Shown here piece by piece: positions 10,026-19,858 of a stretch of DNA of 64,000 nucleotides. Within the stretch, counting starts at the first letter, position 1. Each line of letters begins with the position of its first letter. Location of the stretch: contig JAOAGV010000011.1 of the NCBI GenBank assembly GCA_026415575.1, positions 625 to 64,624 of the forward strand, in the 5' to 3' direction. The DNA is from Candidatus Sumerlaeia bacterium (GTDB taxonomy: Bacteria > Sumerlaeota > Sumerlaeia > JADFCW01). The notes under the pieces are model-generated. The model was not told where the DNA came from. It worked only from the letters and a program-made list of their open reading frames with translations, and made no database searches. The translations under genes were made by a program, and so were the position numbers.

Positions 10026-10405
10026 CGCTGCATCTCCCAAAAATCAATCCACAAAACTAACTTGGAAAAGTATGCTACCTTGTCTTGAGCGCTTGCAATA
10101 CTTACCTGCAACATTCAGCTGCAAACGGGATCTTCTCCCGATTTCGGGAGATGCACCCGTCGCAATTCCCTTCGGCGAAAAACACTTGCAACACGGTCCC
10201 GCATCAAGCCAATACTTGCACGAGATATAAAGGGCCCAGCCGAGTGAGATTTCGGAGGTTTCGGTGCACGCGAATGCAATCATCGCTTGGGCCGGAAGAA
10301 GGACTCCGATCATCCATCCGAATGGCGCAGCGCGGCAGTCTGAGGCTTTTCGGAAGCCCGCTGATTGTCCGGCTGCGCCGCTTCCACCCAAAGGAGGGCG
10401 GCAGA

Positions 10406-10885
10406 ATGGACAAGATTACCTTCACGCTGAACGGAAAACCCGTCACCCTGACCACCGACGGCAACCGCATGCTGCAATGGGTATTGCGCACCGATTTGGG
10501 GCTGACGGGAACCAAGTATGGCTGCGGGGTGGGCCTATGCGGGGCCTGCACGGTGCTCGTGGATCGGAAAATGACGCGCGCGTGTGTGACGCCGGTCAAG
10601 AACGTGGCCGGAAAAAATGTCCTGACGATCGAGGGGCTGGCCGCTGACGGAAAACTGCATCCGCTGCAAGAGGCGTTCGCCCGTCACGACGCGTTTCAAT
10701 GCGGCTTTTGTACGCCCGGAATGATCATGAGCGCCGCCGCCCTTCTGATGGAAAACCCCAAAGCCACGCGCGAGGACATCATCGCGCACATGGACGGCAA
10801 CCTGTGCCGCTGCGGCGCGCACACCCGCATTCTGGATGCCATCGAGGATGCGGCCAAAACTTGGAAAGGAGAGACCCGACCATGA
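10406..10885 (+). CDS. Molybdo-enzyme small subunit, (2Fe-2S)-binding (CoxS/IorA-like)
   Basis: An ATG at 10406 is preceded by AAGGAGGG. The motifs CGVGLCGACTV and CGFCTPG mark two 2Fe-2S sites. Confidence 0.85.
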   Translation: MDKITFTLNGKPVTLTTDGNRMLQWVLRTDLGLTGTKYGCGVGLCGACTVLVDRKMTRACVTPVKNVAGKNVLTIEGLAADGKLHPLQEAFARHDAFQCGFCTPGMIMSAAALLMENPKATREDIIAHMDGNLCRCGAHTRILDAIEDAAKTWKGETRP

Positions 10886-13047
10886 GAGTGCCCGATTACG
10901 AGAACCCGGACCTGCATGATCCGACGGCGCCCGATACATTCGACCGGCGCGAGTTCCTGCAGCGCCTCGGCGGCGGCATCATTATCATTGTCACGCTCAG
11001 CGATCCGGCGGCTTGGGCGGCGCGCGCAGGGGGCGGGGGCGGCCGCAGCTATCCCGAAGACTTCAACGCTTATCTGCGCATCGGCGAAGACGGCCGCGTG
11101 GCCTGTTTCACCGGCAAGATCGAGATGGGCCAGGGTCCGATCACCTCGCTGGCGCAGATGCTTGCCGATGAACTGGACGTGACCATGGATGTGGTGGACA
11201 TGGTCATGGGCGACACCGACCGGTGTCCGTGGGACATGGGAACCTTCGGTTCGATGACCACACGCTTTTTCGGTCCGCCGCTCCGGGCGGCCGGGGCCGA
11301 GGCGCGCCGTGTGTTGATGGAACTGGCGTCCGAGTCGCTCAAAGTGCCCGTTGAGAATCTGGCGACAAGAAACGGCGTCGTGTATGAAAAAGGCCGGGAG
11401 AAAAACCAAGTCTCCTACGGGCAACTGGCCAAAGGCAAAACCATCGAGCGGCGCCTGAAGGTCAAGCCGGAAACCAAAAGTGTCGCAGAGTTTCAGATCA
11501 TCGGCAAGTCGTACACGCGCACCGACGCTCTGGAAAAAGTCACCGGCCGGGCCAAGTTTGCCGGCGACCTCCGCGAAGAAGGAATGCTCTATGCGCGGTT
11601 GCTGCGGCCGCCGGCGCACGGGGCCAAATTGAAAAGCGCCGACACGTCGGATGCCGAGAAAATCGAAGGCGTAAAGGTCGTGCGCGACGGCGACATGATC
11701 GCCGTCCTTCATCCGCTGCCCGACATGGCACAAAAAGCCTTGGAGGCCATCAAGGCCGAGTTTGATGTTCCCGCCCCGCGCGTGAATGACAAAACGATTT
11801 TCGACCATCTCGTGAAAAACGCCGGGCAGGGCAAACCGGTCCGGCAGGGCGGCAACTTGGCCGAGGGCGAAAAACTGGCCAAGACCCTTGTCGAGGCCAC
11901 CTATCTGAACAGCTACGTGGCCCATGCGCCAATGGAACCACACACCGCCTTGGCGCGCATGGATGGCGACAAGATCACAGTGTGGGCCTCGACGCAAACG
12001 CCGTTTCCGCTTAAGAGCCAAATCGCCAGTGCGCTGAAGATGCCGGAGGGCAACGTGCGCGTGCTGACGCCGTTTGTCGGCGGCGGATTCGGCGGCAAGA
12101 GCGCCAACCAGCAGGCAATCGAAGCAGCGCGCCTTGCGAAACTGACGGGCCGGCCGGTGCAAGTGGCATGGAGCCGACAGGAGGAATTCTTCTACGACAC
12201 ATTTCGACCGGCGGCGGTGGTCAAGATCAAGTCGGGCCTCGAGCCGTCGGGCAAGATTGTCCTTTGGGATTACAACGTGTATTTCGCCGGCTCGCGCGGC
12301 GCCGATCAGTTTTATGCCATCCCTCATCACCGCACGCTGGCCACGGGCGAGTGGCGCGGCGAGGGTGGACCGCATCCGTTTGCCACCGGGGCGTGGCGTG
12401 CGCCGGGCAACAATACCAACACCTTCGCGCGTGAATGCCACATGGACATCATGGCCGCAAAGGCGGGGATGGACCCAATCGAATTCCGGCTGAAAAACCT
12501 CGAAGACCCGAAGATCATCCGCGTGCTCAAAGCGGCGGCGGAAAAATTCGGCTGGAAACCCGCCAAGTCCCCGAGCGGCCGCGGCTTCGGCGTTGCCGTC
12601 GGAATGGATTCCGGGACGTGGGTTGCCCACATCGCCGAGGTCGAGGTCAATCGCGAAACGGGTGCCGTCCGCGTCAAGCGTGTCGTGTGCGCGCAGGATA
12701 TGGGCTTGGTGATCAATCCGCAGGGGGCGATCATTCAGATGGAAGGCTGCATTATGATGGGCCTTGGCTATGCCCTGACCGAGGAAATCCATTTCGAGGG
12801 CGGCAGGGTGTTGGATACGGATTTCGGCACCTATGTGATCCCCCGTTTTTCGTGGTTGCCCAAGATCGAGACAATGCTGGTCGGCGCGAACGAACCGCCC
12901 GCTCAAGGCGGTGGCGAGCCGGCCATCATCTGCATGGGTGCGGTGATCGCCAACGCTATCTACGACGCCGTCGGGGCGCGGTTGTTTCAACTGCCCATGA
13001 CGCCCGAACGCGTGAAGGCGGCACTCGCCGCACAGCCGGTCGGATAA
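10882..13047 (+). CDS. Molybdopterin-dependent oxidoreductase large subunit (IorB / aldehyde oxidase-xanthine dehydrogenase family) with a Tat signal
   Basis: Its start overlaps the preceding stop as ATGA at 10882-10885. It has the Tat motif RREFLQRLGGG and Mo-binding domain sequence. The 811-aa minus-strand ORF 10696..13131 is an antisense shadow. Confidence 0.85.
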   Translation: MRVPDYENPDLHDPTAPDTFDRREFLQRLGGGIIIIVTLSDPAAWAARAGGGGGRSYPEDFNAYLRIGEDGRVACFTGKIEMGQGPITSLAQMLADELDVTMDVVDMVMGDTDRCPWDMGTFGSMTTRFFGPPLRAAGAEARRVLMELASESLKVPVENLATRNGVVYEKGREKNQVSYGQLAKGKTIERRLKVKPETKSVAEFQIIGKSYTRTDALEKVTGRAKFAGDLREEGMLYARLLRPPAHGAKLKSADTSDAEKIEGVKVVRDGDMIAVLHPLPDMAQKALEAIKAEFDVPAPRVNDKTIFDHLVKNAGQGKPVRQGGNLAEGEKLAKTLVEATYLNSYVAHAPMEPHTALARMDGDKITVWASTQTPFPLKSQIASALKMPEGNVRVLTPFVGGGFGGKSANQQAIEAARLAKLTGRPVQVAWSRQEEFFYDTFRPAAVVKIKSGLEPSGKIVLWDYNVYFAGSRGADQFYAIPHHRTLATGEWRGEGGPHPFATGAWRAPGNNTNTFARECHMDIMAAKAGMDPIEFRLKNLEDPKIIRVLKAAAEKFGWKPAKSPSGRGFGVAVGMDSGTWVAHIAEVEVNRETGAVRVKRVVCAQDMGLVINPQGAIIQMEGCIMMGLGYALTEEIHFEGGRVLDTDFGTYVIPRFSWLPKIETMLVGANEPPAQGGGEPAIICMGAVIANAIYDAVGARLFQLPMTPERVKAALAAQPVG

Positions 13048-13489
13048 GGGTAAGGAAACAATAGATTGTTTGGACTTGGGCTTACCCGGACTAATGGGAG
13101 CTCGAATGTGTTGGCATCCATCGCCTCGCAATGACGCGGTCGGACTGCGTGCCAGCCATGTTCTGCGCCGGCTAATATGTGACGCGATCCTTCGAGCACA
13201 AGCTCACGCAAAGGTACCAAGGCAGCAAAGAGAACAATGTATGATTCGCCAAGAGGGTCGCGTGTCTAACAACAGCGAGTTCGATTTCTCTTCGTCCAAC
13301 TGAAATCAAGGCACCGATTTGCCAGCTGGCGGCTTCGCGTCCGGTGCAAAGCGGGATGGTCTTTGCGGTCACGCTGTCAAACGCCGCCGGCAGGTCCGTC
13401 CGTTTCCCGTCGCCGGTTCACCTCACCGTGCAGTTCAAGCCGGGCAGCGAACCGACGGAAACCTGCCGCATGCATTTCAGCGGCAGTCC

Positions 13490-14824
13490 TCACTTTTCCG
13501 GCTTGTCGGAAAACATTCCCTTCATGTCGTAGAGATCTATCAGGGCCTGATTGACAAGCCGCTCGCCGCCGCCGACCTCGATGAACGTGCGCCGGGCCGC
13601 GCCATAGCCGCCTTCGGCCGCCGCGCGGATGTCGGGGATGTATTCCGGCCACTTCGGATGCCCGCACGTGGTGTAGCCCAAGAACAACGGGAACTCAACG
13701 GGCGCGTCGCGTTTGAACATCATTTGAAGCGACAGGTGCGGTTCGCCCGGAATGGCCATGATGCCGATCCGGCGGTTGATCAGGACACTGGCCGCGCCGA
13801 TTTCGATCGGACCGGCGGGCATGTAGTACTCCGAACCGGGTTCCTTCCAGCGGTTGGCAAACGTCATGGTTCGCCGGCGCCATTGGAGTTCATCCGGACC
13901 ACCAACGGGCCGCGCATGAGTGAGGGCGCGAAGCACTTCGTCGGCCAGAAGTTCGCCCATGACTTTGGCGCGCCGGAAGCAGTCCTCGTTGGTCTCGTCC
14001 TTTGCGCCGGTGCCAACAAACAGCGGGTTGATGTTGCTGCCCGCGCCTTGCATGAACAGGCAGAAGGCTTGCGGCTTTATTCCCTTCTCGACTTTGTCGG
14101 CCATCGGCCCGACGTAGTCGGCGCTCATTTCGAGGTTGCGCGGCCCGAGACACACGGGATGACAGGCATAATTGACCAACACGGCGCGCGTGGTTCCCGC
14201 ATCGGCGTCCTCGACTCGAATAATGCCGACCGTCGGATCCACCGGCCCGTAGGGGATGCGTTCGGGATTGCGAAAGAGCGGCTTACGGCGCCCGTCGGGC
14301 TGCATGACCAGCCGATTGTAGCCGAGCGTGATGTCGCCACGAGCCGTCGAGAGCCGCGCACGAAACAAACCAGCGCTGGCTTGCCCGATGGCCGCCAGAA
14401 TCTTGTCCTCGATTTCGCGGAAAACCTCTTGGAACCTGTCGGGCTTCCAAAGATGCTGCGAATAGAGCAGGTCGGGTGTCGCGTGGCTGTGGCTGGCCGC
14501 CGTGAGCACCAAGCCGACGGCATATTTTTCTTGGGCTTCACGGGCTACGCGCTCGGACGGAAACCAGATCAGGTCGAGCGACACAATGGCCATGCGCCTG
14601 CCGTCGCAATCGAGCACCAAGGCACGCGCAAACAGCGGATCGTGGACGCCGACGGCTGGGGAAGTTCTCGAATCATAGCCGCCGAGATACACACCCCCGC
14701 CGCGAGGCGTGATGTCTGTCTTGGCCACTCCGGCCCGCAGCGATGACACCTCCGCGGCGCCGGCAGGGATGTGAAAAGTCACTGCAAGAAATAGACCGAT
14801 ACACACGAGTGTACTGCCGCGCAT
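13490..14824 (-). CDS. Neutral/alkaline ceramidase-like hydrolase with a signal peptide
   Basis: The internal start MRGSTLVCIGLFLAV lies at 14824 with GGAGGT upstream. The N-terminal GVAKTDITP and the HSHATPD motif resemble the Ceramidase_alk family. Confidence 0.65.
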   Translation of the reverse strand: MRGSTLVCIGLFLAVTFHIPAGAAEVSSLRAGVAKTDITPRGGGVYLGGYDSRTSPAVGVHDPLFARALVLDCDGRRMAIVSLDLIWFPSERVAREAQEKYAVGLVLTAASHSHATPDLLYSQHLWKPDRFQEVFREIEDKILAAIGQASAGLFRARLSTARGDITLGYNRLVMQPDGRRKPLFRNPERIPYGPVDPTVGIIRVEDADAGTTRAVLVNYACHPVCLGPRNLEMSADYVGPMADKVEKGIKPQAFCLFMQGAGSNINPLFVGTGAKDETNEDCFRRAKVMGELLADEVLRALTHARPVGGPDELQWRRRTMTFANRWKEPGSEYYMPAGPIEIGAASVLINRRIGIMAIPGEPHLSLQMMFKRDAPVEFPLFLGYTTCGHPKWPEYIPDIRAAAEGGYGAARRTFIEVGGGERLVNQALIDLYDMKGMFSDKPEK

Positions 14825-15222
14825 GTTTTTTACCTCCGATGCGGATGCCTGCGGATATGAGTTTGGTGTTGTTGACAGCCCCGCAGGATTTTGCGTGGCG
14901 CAACATGCATACGAGCAAGCATGAACCGATGCACCGACACGAGAACCACGAGGCGCTGCCCATCGTGGTTTCTCCACCAAAAGGCCGGGGCCGCGGCTGA
15001 GGCGTTCCGCATCGCGCATGCAAGGCGAACGATCCTACATCAACGCCCCGGCGGAAATGAAAAGTTCGCACATGTCCGGCAACCAATTTTCCGACACCGT
15101 TCTGCCGGAATTTCCGCGGCGCGCGCCGGGCCTTGTTCTCCTCCATCGGAAGAACGTCTATACGTGCTGAGTGCGAACGGGGCGGACAAACCGCCCTACA
15201 AGCGAACACAACTTTCCGCGCG

Positions 15223-16626
15223 TTAGAACTTTTTCTGGTTCTTTCGCGGTGCGTAATCCACCAGCACGCGCTTCTCCGGGTCGAAGTGCATCGTCCGGTT
15301 TTCGTAATAGGAGGTTACACCCATTTCCACGGCGACCGTGATCATGTAGCCTTCCCACGCGCCTTCGAGCGGTTTTTCGCGCGTGCGAATGCACTTGATA
15401 AAGTCGTCGTGCAGGAAGTTCTCCGTAAAGCGCGAGGGGTCTTTCTGCTCCGGAATCCGCAGCGCCTTGACGCGCCGCTGCCCGCCCCAGCGCGGCAGGT
15501 CCACCTCCGCCCATTCGCCTTTCAATCCTGCTTTGGCACAGCGCTCCTCGAAGCCTTTTACGAACGGCGCCTCCGGCGCGACGGTGACGCCCGTGCGGTC
15601 AATCAGCAACACCGCCTCGTGGCCCCGAATCACCTCCGGCCACGAATACTCGCTGACCATCGTGCCGTCCAGAATGGTTGTGTACTGGCTCGGATACTCG
15701 ATGGTCGTGATGTAGGTGTCGTAAATGTCGCGGTCAAACTCTACATATTGTCCGCCCGAGGAACAGACCTTGATCGGGAATTCGTGCCCCGTGGCCACCA
15801 GCATTGCCCCCAGCGTGTGGCAAAGCAGGTCGGAGGCCGATCCGCCGCCGTAGTCGCGGAACTTGCGGAAGCGGAAAAACCGTTCGGGGTCGAACGGACG
15901 CTCCGGCGCCAGATTGAATTTCCATCCCTGCCACACCGGCCAGTTGGTGGTCTCCGCGTTGGCGTCCGGGGTGATGGCATCGGGATGCGGGGCGACGTAA
16001 TTCCACTGCCCCTCGGAGGAATTGCGGCACCAGCCGGCCATCATGACCACGAGCTTGCCGAGGACGCCCGACTTGACGACCTCGCGCGCGCGGTGATACT
16101 CGTCCCAGCAGGCCATCTGGTTGCCGACTTCGAGAATGCGCTTGGTGCGCTGCTGGGTTTCATAGACCTTTTTCGCATCGTCAATGTTGATCGTCATCGG
16201 TGTTTCGACATAGACATCCTTGCCCGCTTCCATCGCATCGAGACTGATCTTGGCGTGCCAGTGCCAGGGGGTCGGCGTGATAATGCCGTCAATGTCGGGC
16301 CGGGCAAGCAACTCGTTGTAGTCGCGATAGCCTTTGGCCCCCGTCATCTCTTCGGCCTCTTTCAAACGGCGGACATAGAGATCGGAAACGGCGACCAGCT
16401 GGACATCGCCTTTTTCCTTCTGACGGCGAAGCAATTCCTTGATGTGCTGGCCGCCGCGCCAGCCGCAGCCGATGACGCCAAGGTTGACGCGGTCGTTGGC
16501 GCCCAGCACGCGTGCCGCCGCCGGCCGGGAGTGGCCGGACAGATACGTTACGGCTGCGGCAGCGGCCGCCGAAGTCCCAGTGGTGCGGAGAAAGTCCCGC
16601 CGGTTGGTCTTGCGCGATTCAGACAT
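15223..16626 (-). CDS. Gfo/Idh/MocA-family oxidoreductase with a Tat signal
   Basis: It has the Tat motif RRDFLRTTGTSAAAAA, a Rossmann GVIGCGWRGGQH and AAGGAG upstream. The plus-strand ORF 15133..16704 is an antisense shadow. Confidence 0.85.
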   Translation of the reverse strand: MSESRKTNRRDFLRTTGTSAAAAAAVTYLSGHSRPAAARVLGANDRVNLGVIGCGWRGGQHIKELLRRQKEKGDVQLVAVSDLYVRRLKEAEEMTGAKGYRDYNELLARPDIDGIITPTPWHWHAKISLDAMEAGKDVYVETPMTINIDDAKKVYETQQRTKRILEVGNQMACWDEYHRAREVVKSGVLGKLVVMMAGWCRNSSEGQWNYVAPHPDAITPDANAETTNWPVWQGWKFNLAPERPFDPERFFRFRKFRDYGGGSASDLLCHTLGAMLVATGHEFPIKVCSSGGQYVEFDRDIYDTYITTIEYPSQYTTILDGTMVSEYSWPEVIRGHEAVLLIDRTGVTVAPEAPFVKGFEERCAKAGLKGEWAEVDLPRWGGQRRVKALRIPEQKDPSRFTENFLHDDFIKCIRTREKPLEGAWEGYMITVAVEMGVTSYYENRTMHFDPEKRVLVDYAPRKNQKKF

Positions 16627-16674
16627 GGTTGTATTCTCCTTGTAGTTAGGATTGAATCCTTTGACCCCCGCCTT

Positions 16675-17010
16675 CTAATCAGTCAACTTCGCCCCAAAAT
16701 CTAAAGGTTTTTCAAGTCGAATTTGTTTCGCAAGAACTTCCCCCATTCTTTCAAGAAACGGTCTCATACAAAGTCGCCCAGCAGCAAACATTTCATCTTG
16801 CACCGATTGACTTGGAAACAGTCGAACAATGCGGTCATAAAAGGCGGCCCCGCTGACTTGGTCAAGGATGAGGCTTTTTGCAGGCTTTGGGTCTTTGCGT
16901 GAGATTTTTTTAAAAATCCCGCGTACTCCAAACTTCAGTTTGGCGTTCGCAGTTCCCGCTTCAGCGAACGGGATGCGGGCTGGTTGTTCTGGTTGTTTCG
17001 CTTTATGCAC
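16675..17010 (-). CDS. Hypothetical protein (111 aa) in a low-GC islet
   Basis: The ORF sits inside a ~500-bp stretch of about 47 % GC against the ~62 % background. I recognise no domain. Confidence 0.3.
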   Translation of the reverse strand: MHKAKQPEQPARIPFAEAGTANAKLKFGVRGIFKKISRKDPKPAKSLILDQVSGAAFYDRIVRLFPSQSVQDEMFAAGRLCMRPFLERMGEVLAKQIRLEKPLDFGAKLTD

Positions 17011-17166
17011 GAGCCGAAATTTTCCCTGAAGTCAGTACACCACACGGCAAACTCAGGAACCATGTGCAAAAGTCTGGTCGCCATTGGACCGTCAACTTTT
17101 ACACGAGGCCGTGAAGTTTGAACGACTTGCATGCTGAAGACTTGTGCGGTGTGCGTCCGACTGCGG

Positions 17167-18411
17167 CTAATCTGTTCCACGAAGCAGGCGGCGCTGAAAG
17201 TCAACCGTGGGGGGGAGATAGCTGCGCGGATCAATCAGAACTTCTCGGCCGGAGCGCGACTGGCGCATTTCGAATCGCAGACCGGCGCGGTCTTTGTCCT
17301 CGATGAACCCGGACCGGCCGATCACCTCGCCGCGCGCCACCGACGTATTGGCGGCCACCCGCACCTCGCTGAGAAATCCGTAGAGCGTCAGAACGCCGTC
17401 GGCATGTTCGAGGATGACCAGATTGCCGTAGCCCATGAACCGGCCCGCATGGAGCACCTTGCCGGCTTCGAGGGCGTGGATTTCGGTGCCTTCGGCAACC
17501 AGCAGATCGAGGCCGGAACCCTCGCGAAGGCCGGGCGGCGTGGAAGCGCGCGGCTGGGCAGCGGGGGGCGCGGTCGGGACACGCGGCTTAGGCTTGGGCG
17601 TCGGTGCGCGTGCGGTTGATGGTTTCGCCGGCGTAGAAGGCGGCTTTCGCCCTGCGGTTTCCAGTGAGGCTATCTCCGATTCCGTAGATTTTCGCAGCTT
17701 TTCCAACAGAGTCAGGCGCGACTGCGCCGTTTTCCGCTCGACTTGGACTTTTTCAAGTTCCTTTTCCAATTGCTGAATTTCCGTGCCCATTTTTTCGATT
17801 GTGGCTTTTGAAATCCCGCCAGCCTTGCGGATTTCCTCCAACGCCATGGCGGCGAGCATTTGCGATCCGCGGATACGGCGGATGGATTCGTCAAGGGTCG
17901 CCGCCTCGCTGGTAAGCGATTCCAGATGAAGCGCGACCAGATGGAGGGCAAGGGCTTCGACTGGTGGTTTGCGGCGAAGCCGCGTTTGATAAACAAGATG
18001 CTGTGTTGCGACAAATGCGTGAAGGGCGGGCAGTTGGGCTTCGAGCCCCACCCGGCGGGCTTGTTGCACTTCGATGGCGGCCGACGTGGCGGCGATTTGC
18101 GCGGCGAGCGTATCATATCCGCCAAGTGCTTCGTCGGGGGTCCGGCGCGGTTGGGCGAGGATTTTTTTCCGCGCGGCGATACTTTCCTGCACGTCCTTTT
18201 CCCGCTCGTTCAGCGAAGAGATTTGTTTCTGCACGGCGGCAATCTGGCGCTTCACGTCGGCAAGACGCTCGCGGCGTTTCTGCAACTCGGAAGGCGGAGC
18301 TGACGCCGCCCGTACCGTGCCCGCTTCCAAATGAGCAGCGAGCAGCAGAATCGCGATCGCGATGCAAGCACGCCCCCGCCAGTCGTTGCGCTTATTCCCG
18401 CATGGTCTCAC
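17167..18411 (-). CDS. M23/LytM peptidase-domain murein hydrolase activator (EnvC/NlpD-like) with coiled coil and proline-rich linker
   Basis: The C-terminal LytM fold (GLDLLVAEGTEIHALEAGKV...GYGNLVILEH) follows a long Q/E/K-rich coiled coil. The probable GTG start at 18411 avoids overlapping upstream ftsX; the track's maximal ORF reaches 18528. Confidence 0.75.
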   Translation of the reverse strand: MRPCGNKRNDWRGRACIAIAILLLAAHLEAGTVRAASAPPSELQKRRERLADVKRQIAAVQKQISSLNEREKDVQESIAARKKILAQPRRTPDEALGGYDTLAAQIAATSAAIEVQQARRVGLEAQLPALHAFVATQHLVYQTRLRRKPPVEALALHLVALHLESLTSEAATLDESIRRIRGSQMLAAMALEEIRKAGGISKATIEKMGTEIQQLEKELEKVQVERKTAQSRLTLLEKLRKSTESEIASLETAGRKPPSTPAKPSTARAPTPKPKPRVPTAPPAAQPRASTPPGLREGSGLDLLVAEGTEIHALEAGKVLHAGRFMGYGNLVILEHADGVLTLYGFLSEVRVAANTSVARGEVIGRSGFIEDKDRAGLRFEMRQSRSGREVLIDPRSYLPPTVDFQRRLLRGTD

Positions 18412-18445
18412 GCCGCACACCTCAACTCCGCCGCCCACGGCGGGC

Positions 18446-19279
18446 CTACGCCAGATACCATCCAAGCGCCGCACCGAGCCAATACGCGCCAAAACCGCCC
18501 AGAACGGTTGCACACGCTGCGACGGCATGCTGGGCCACCGTCAGTGGCGGCGAGGCCGGGATTGGCCACAAAACCCACAGTACGAACAAGCACGCCCATG
18601 CTGCCAGCACTGCGGCCACGCTCTCGCCGAGGGCGCGCCAGCCGGCAGGGGCAAGGTTTTCCGCCAGCCGAGGCTGGACGGCGACCTCTGAACCAATCAC
18701 CTGAACCGGCGCGAACACACCGCGCGGCCGTTGCCATGTGGTGCGCACGCCGGCCATAAAAGCACCCAGCGCCGCTATGCCAAGATAACCGAGAAGCAAA
18801 CGGCAGAGGGATTGATAGGTGTCTATGGCGCGTTCCACGCCGCTCCTGTCGTAAAACAGCTGCGCAAGACCGGCATGGCCTCGGAGGGTCTCGATGGTTC
18901 CGGCGAACAATTGCGGCGAGCGAACGGGCCGGCGCAACTGAATTTCCACTATAGAGCCCAATCCGCTCAAGGCAGCGGCGACGGGAGCTGTCGTTCCCGC
19001 CGCTTCCATCGCGTCGGCCAGATGCTGAGCCAGTTCGTTGGCCTCCACCCATCGGGCCTGTTGCACGCCATCGCTGTGCGTCAGGGATTCAATCAAGGAG
19101 GAAGAATTCGGCGGAACAGACCGCTGAGGCACGGCAAGAACAATCATCTCCGATTCAACGGAAGCGGCCCACTGCGCAACGGAAAGCCGGGCATAAAAAC
19201 CGGCGCCGAAAGCCAGTGCTGTGCAAAACAGAACGAAAGCTGATCGGTTTCTTCGAGCCTCAATAAGGGCAGAAAACAT
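18446..19279 (-). CDS. FtsX-like permease (TM1, periplasmic domain, three C-terminal TMs)
   Basis: The topology inferred from hydrophobic stretches matches FtsX. It sits immediately upstream of the EnvC-like gene, the classic FtsX-EnvC pairing. No ftsE lies upstream. Confidence 0.55.
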   Translation of the reverse strand: MFSALIEARRNRSAFVLFCTALAFGAGFYARLSVAQWAASVESEMIVLAVPQRSVPPNSSSLIESLTHSDGVQQARWVEANELAQHLADAMEAAGTTAPVAAALSGLGSIVEIQLRRPVRSPQLFAGTIETLRGHAGLAQLFYDRSGVERAIDTYQSLCRLLLGYLGIAALGAFMAGVRTTWQRPRGVFAPVQVIGSEVAVQPRLAENLAPAGWRALGESVAAVLAAWACLFVLWVLWPIPASPPLTVAQHAVAACATVLGGFGAYWLGAALGWYLA

Positions 19280-19491
19280 TTTAATTCCTTATAAATCAAC
19301 GATCAATAAGAATAACATCCAAGAAATATTAGAGAATCTTTGGGCGTCAAAGTAAAGAAAAAACTGAAAATTCCTATTGCATGTGGAAAACTAGGACGCT
19401 ACATATTGTATAGCGTTCCGGTGAAAAAGCAATATACAGTATCTATCGGTTGCTCCTCGGCCGGAATTGCAAGATTCGATTGTTTGTAGCG

Positions 19492-19530
19492 TTTTGGATT
19501 TTAGAATCGGGGTTTTGGATTGAGAATTGG
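19492..19530. repeat. GGATTG-heptad element copy (GGATTTTAGAATCGGGGTTTTGGATTGAGAATTGG)
   Basis: It lies in the 580-bp divergent ftsX/smc intergenic region. Confidence 0.5.
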
Positions 19531-19858
19531 CGCGTTATAACGGCGCAGGAAATGTCAGTTTGCTTTTTCTATATTCTTTTGCGCAAAAAAATTTGAAATG
19601 CCTTTTGGCGAGCCTCCCACGAACTGTTAGGTGATGGCGGATTGCTGTATAGCAAATTGAACCCGGCTGGCACAAAACATTTGCCGGCAACAAACTTTAG
19701 ACCTACGGAGGTGGTCATTCGGTTTGGTGGCTCGTTCTTCCCAAACGTAACAAATCCCGCGGGAGCAGCTGCAGTGTAGCCCGCACCGGCGTGTTTAGCC
19801 GCTCGCCGGTTCCCTCAGTTACGATAGTGACACCTGTAGTGGAAGCAGGAGAGATCGC

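Noticed and set aside
10696-13131. 811-aa minus-strand ORF
   Set aside because: It is the antisense shadow of the Mo-oxidoreductase large subunit. The plus-strand frame has a Tat signal, translational coupling and family motifs.
13319-14746. 475-aa plus-strand ORF
   Set aside because: It is the antisense shadow of the ceramidase-like gene. It has typical GC-rich antisense composition.
15133-16704. 523-aa plus-strand ORF
   Set aside because: It is the antisense shadow of the Gfo/Idh/MocA gene, which has a Tat signal, a Rossmann motif and a strong RBS on the minus strand.
19513-19530. GGATTG-heptad element as a sigma54 (-24/-12) promoter
   Set aside because: The TGG-N9-TTGG spacing is one off from GG-N10-GC, and the invariant -12 GC is GG in all copies.
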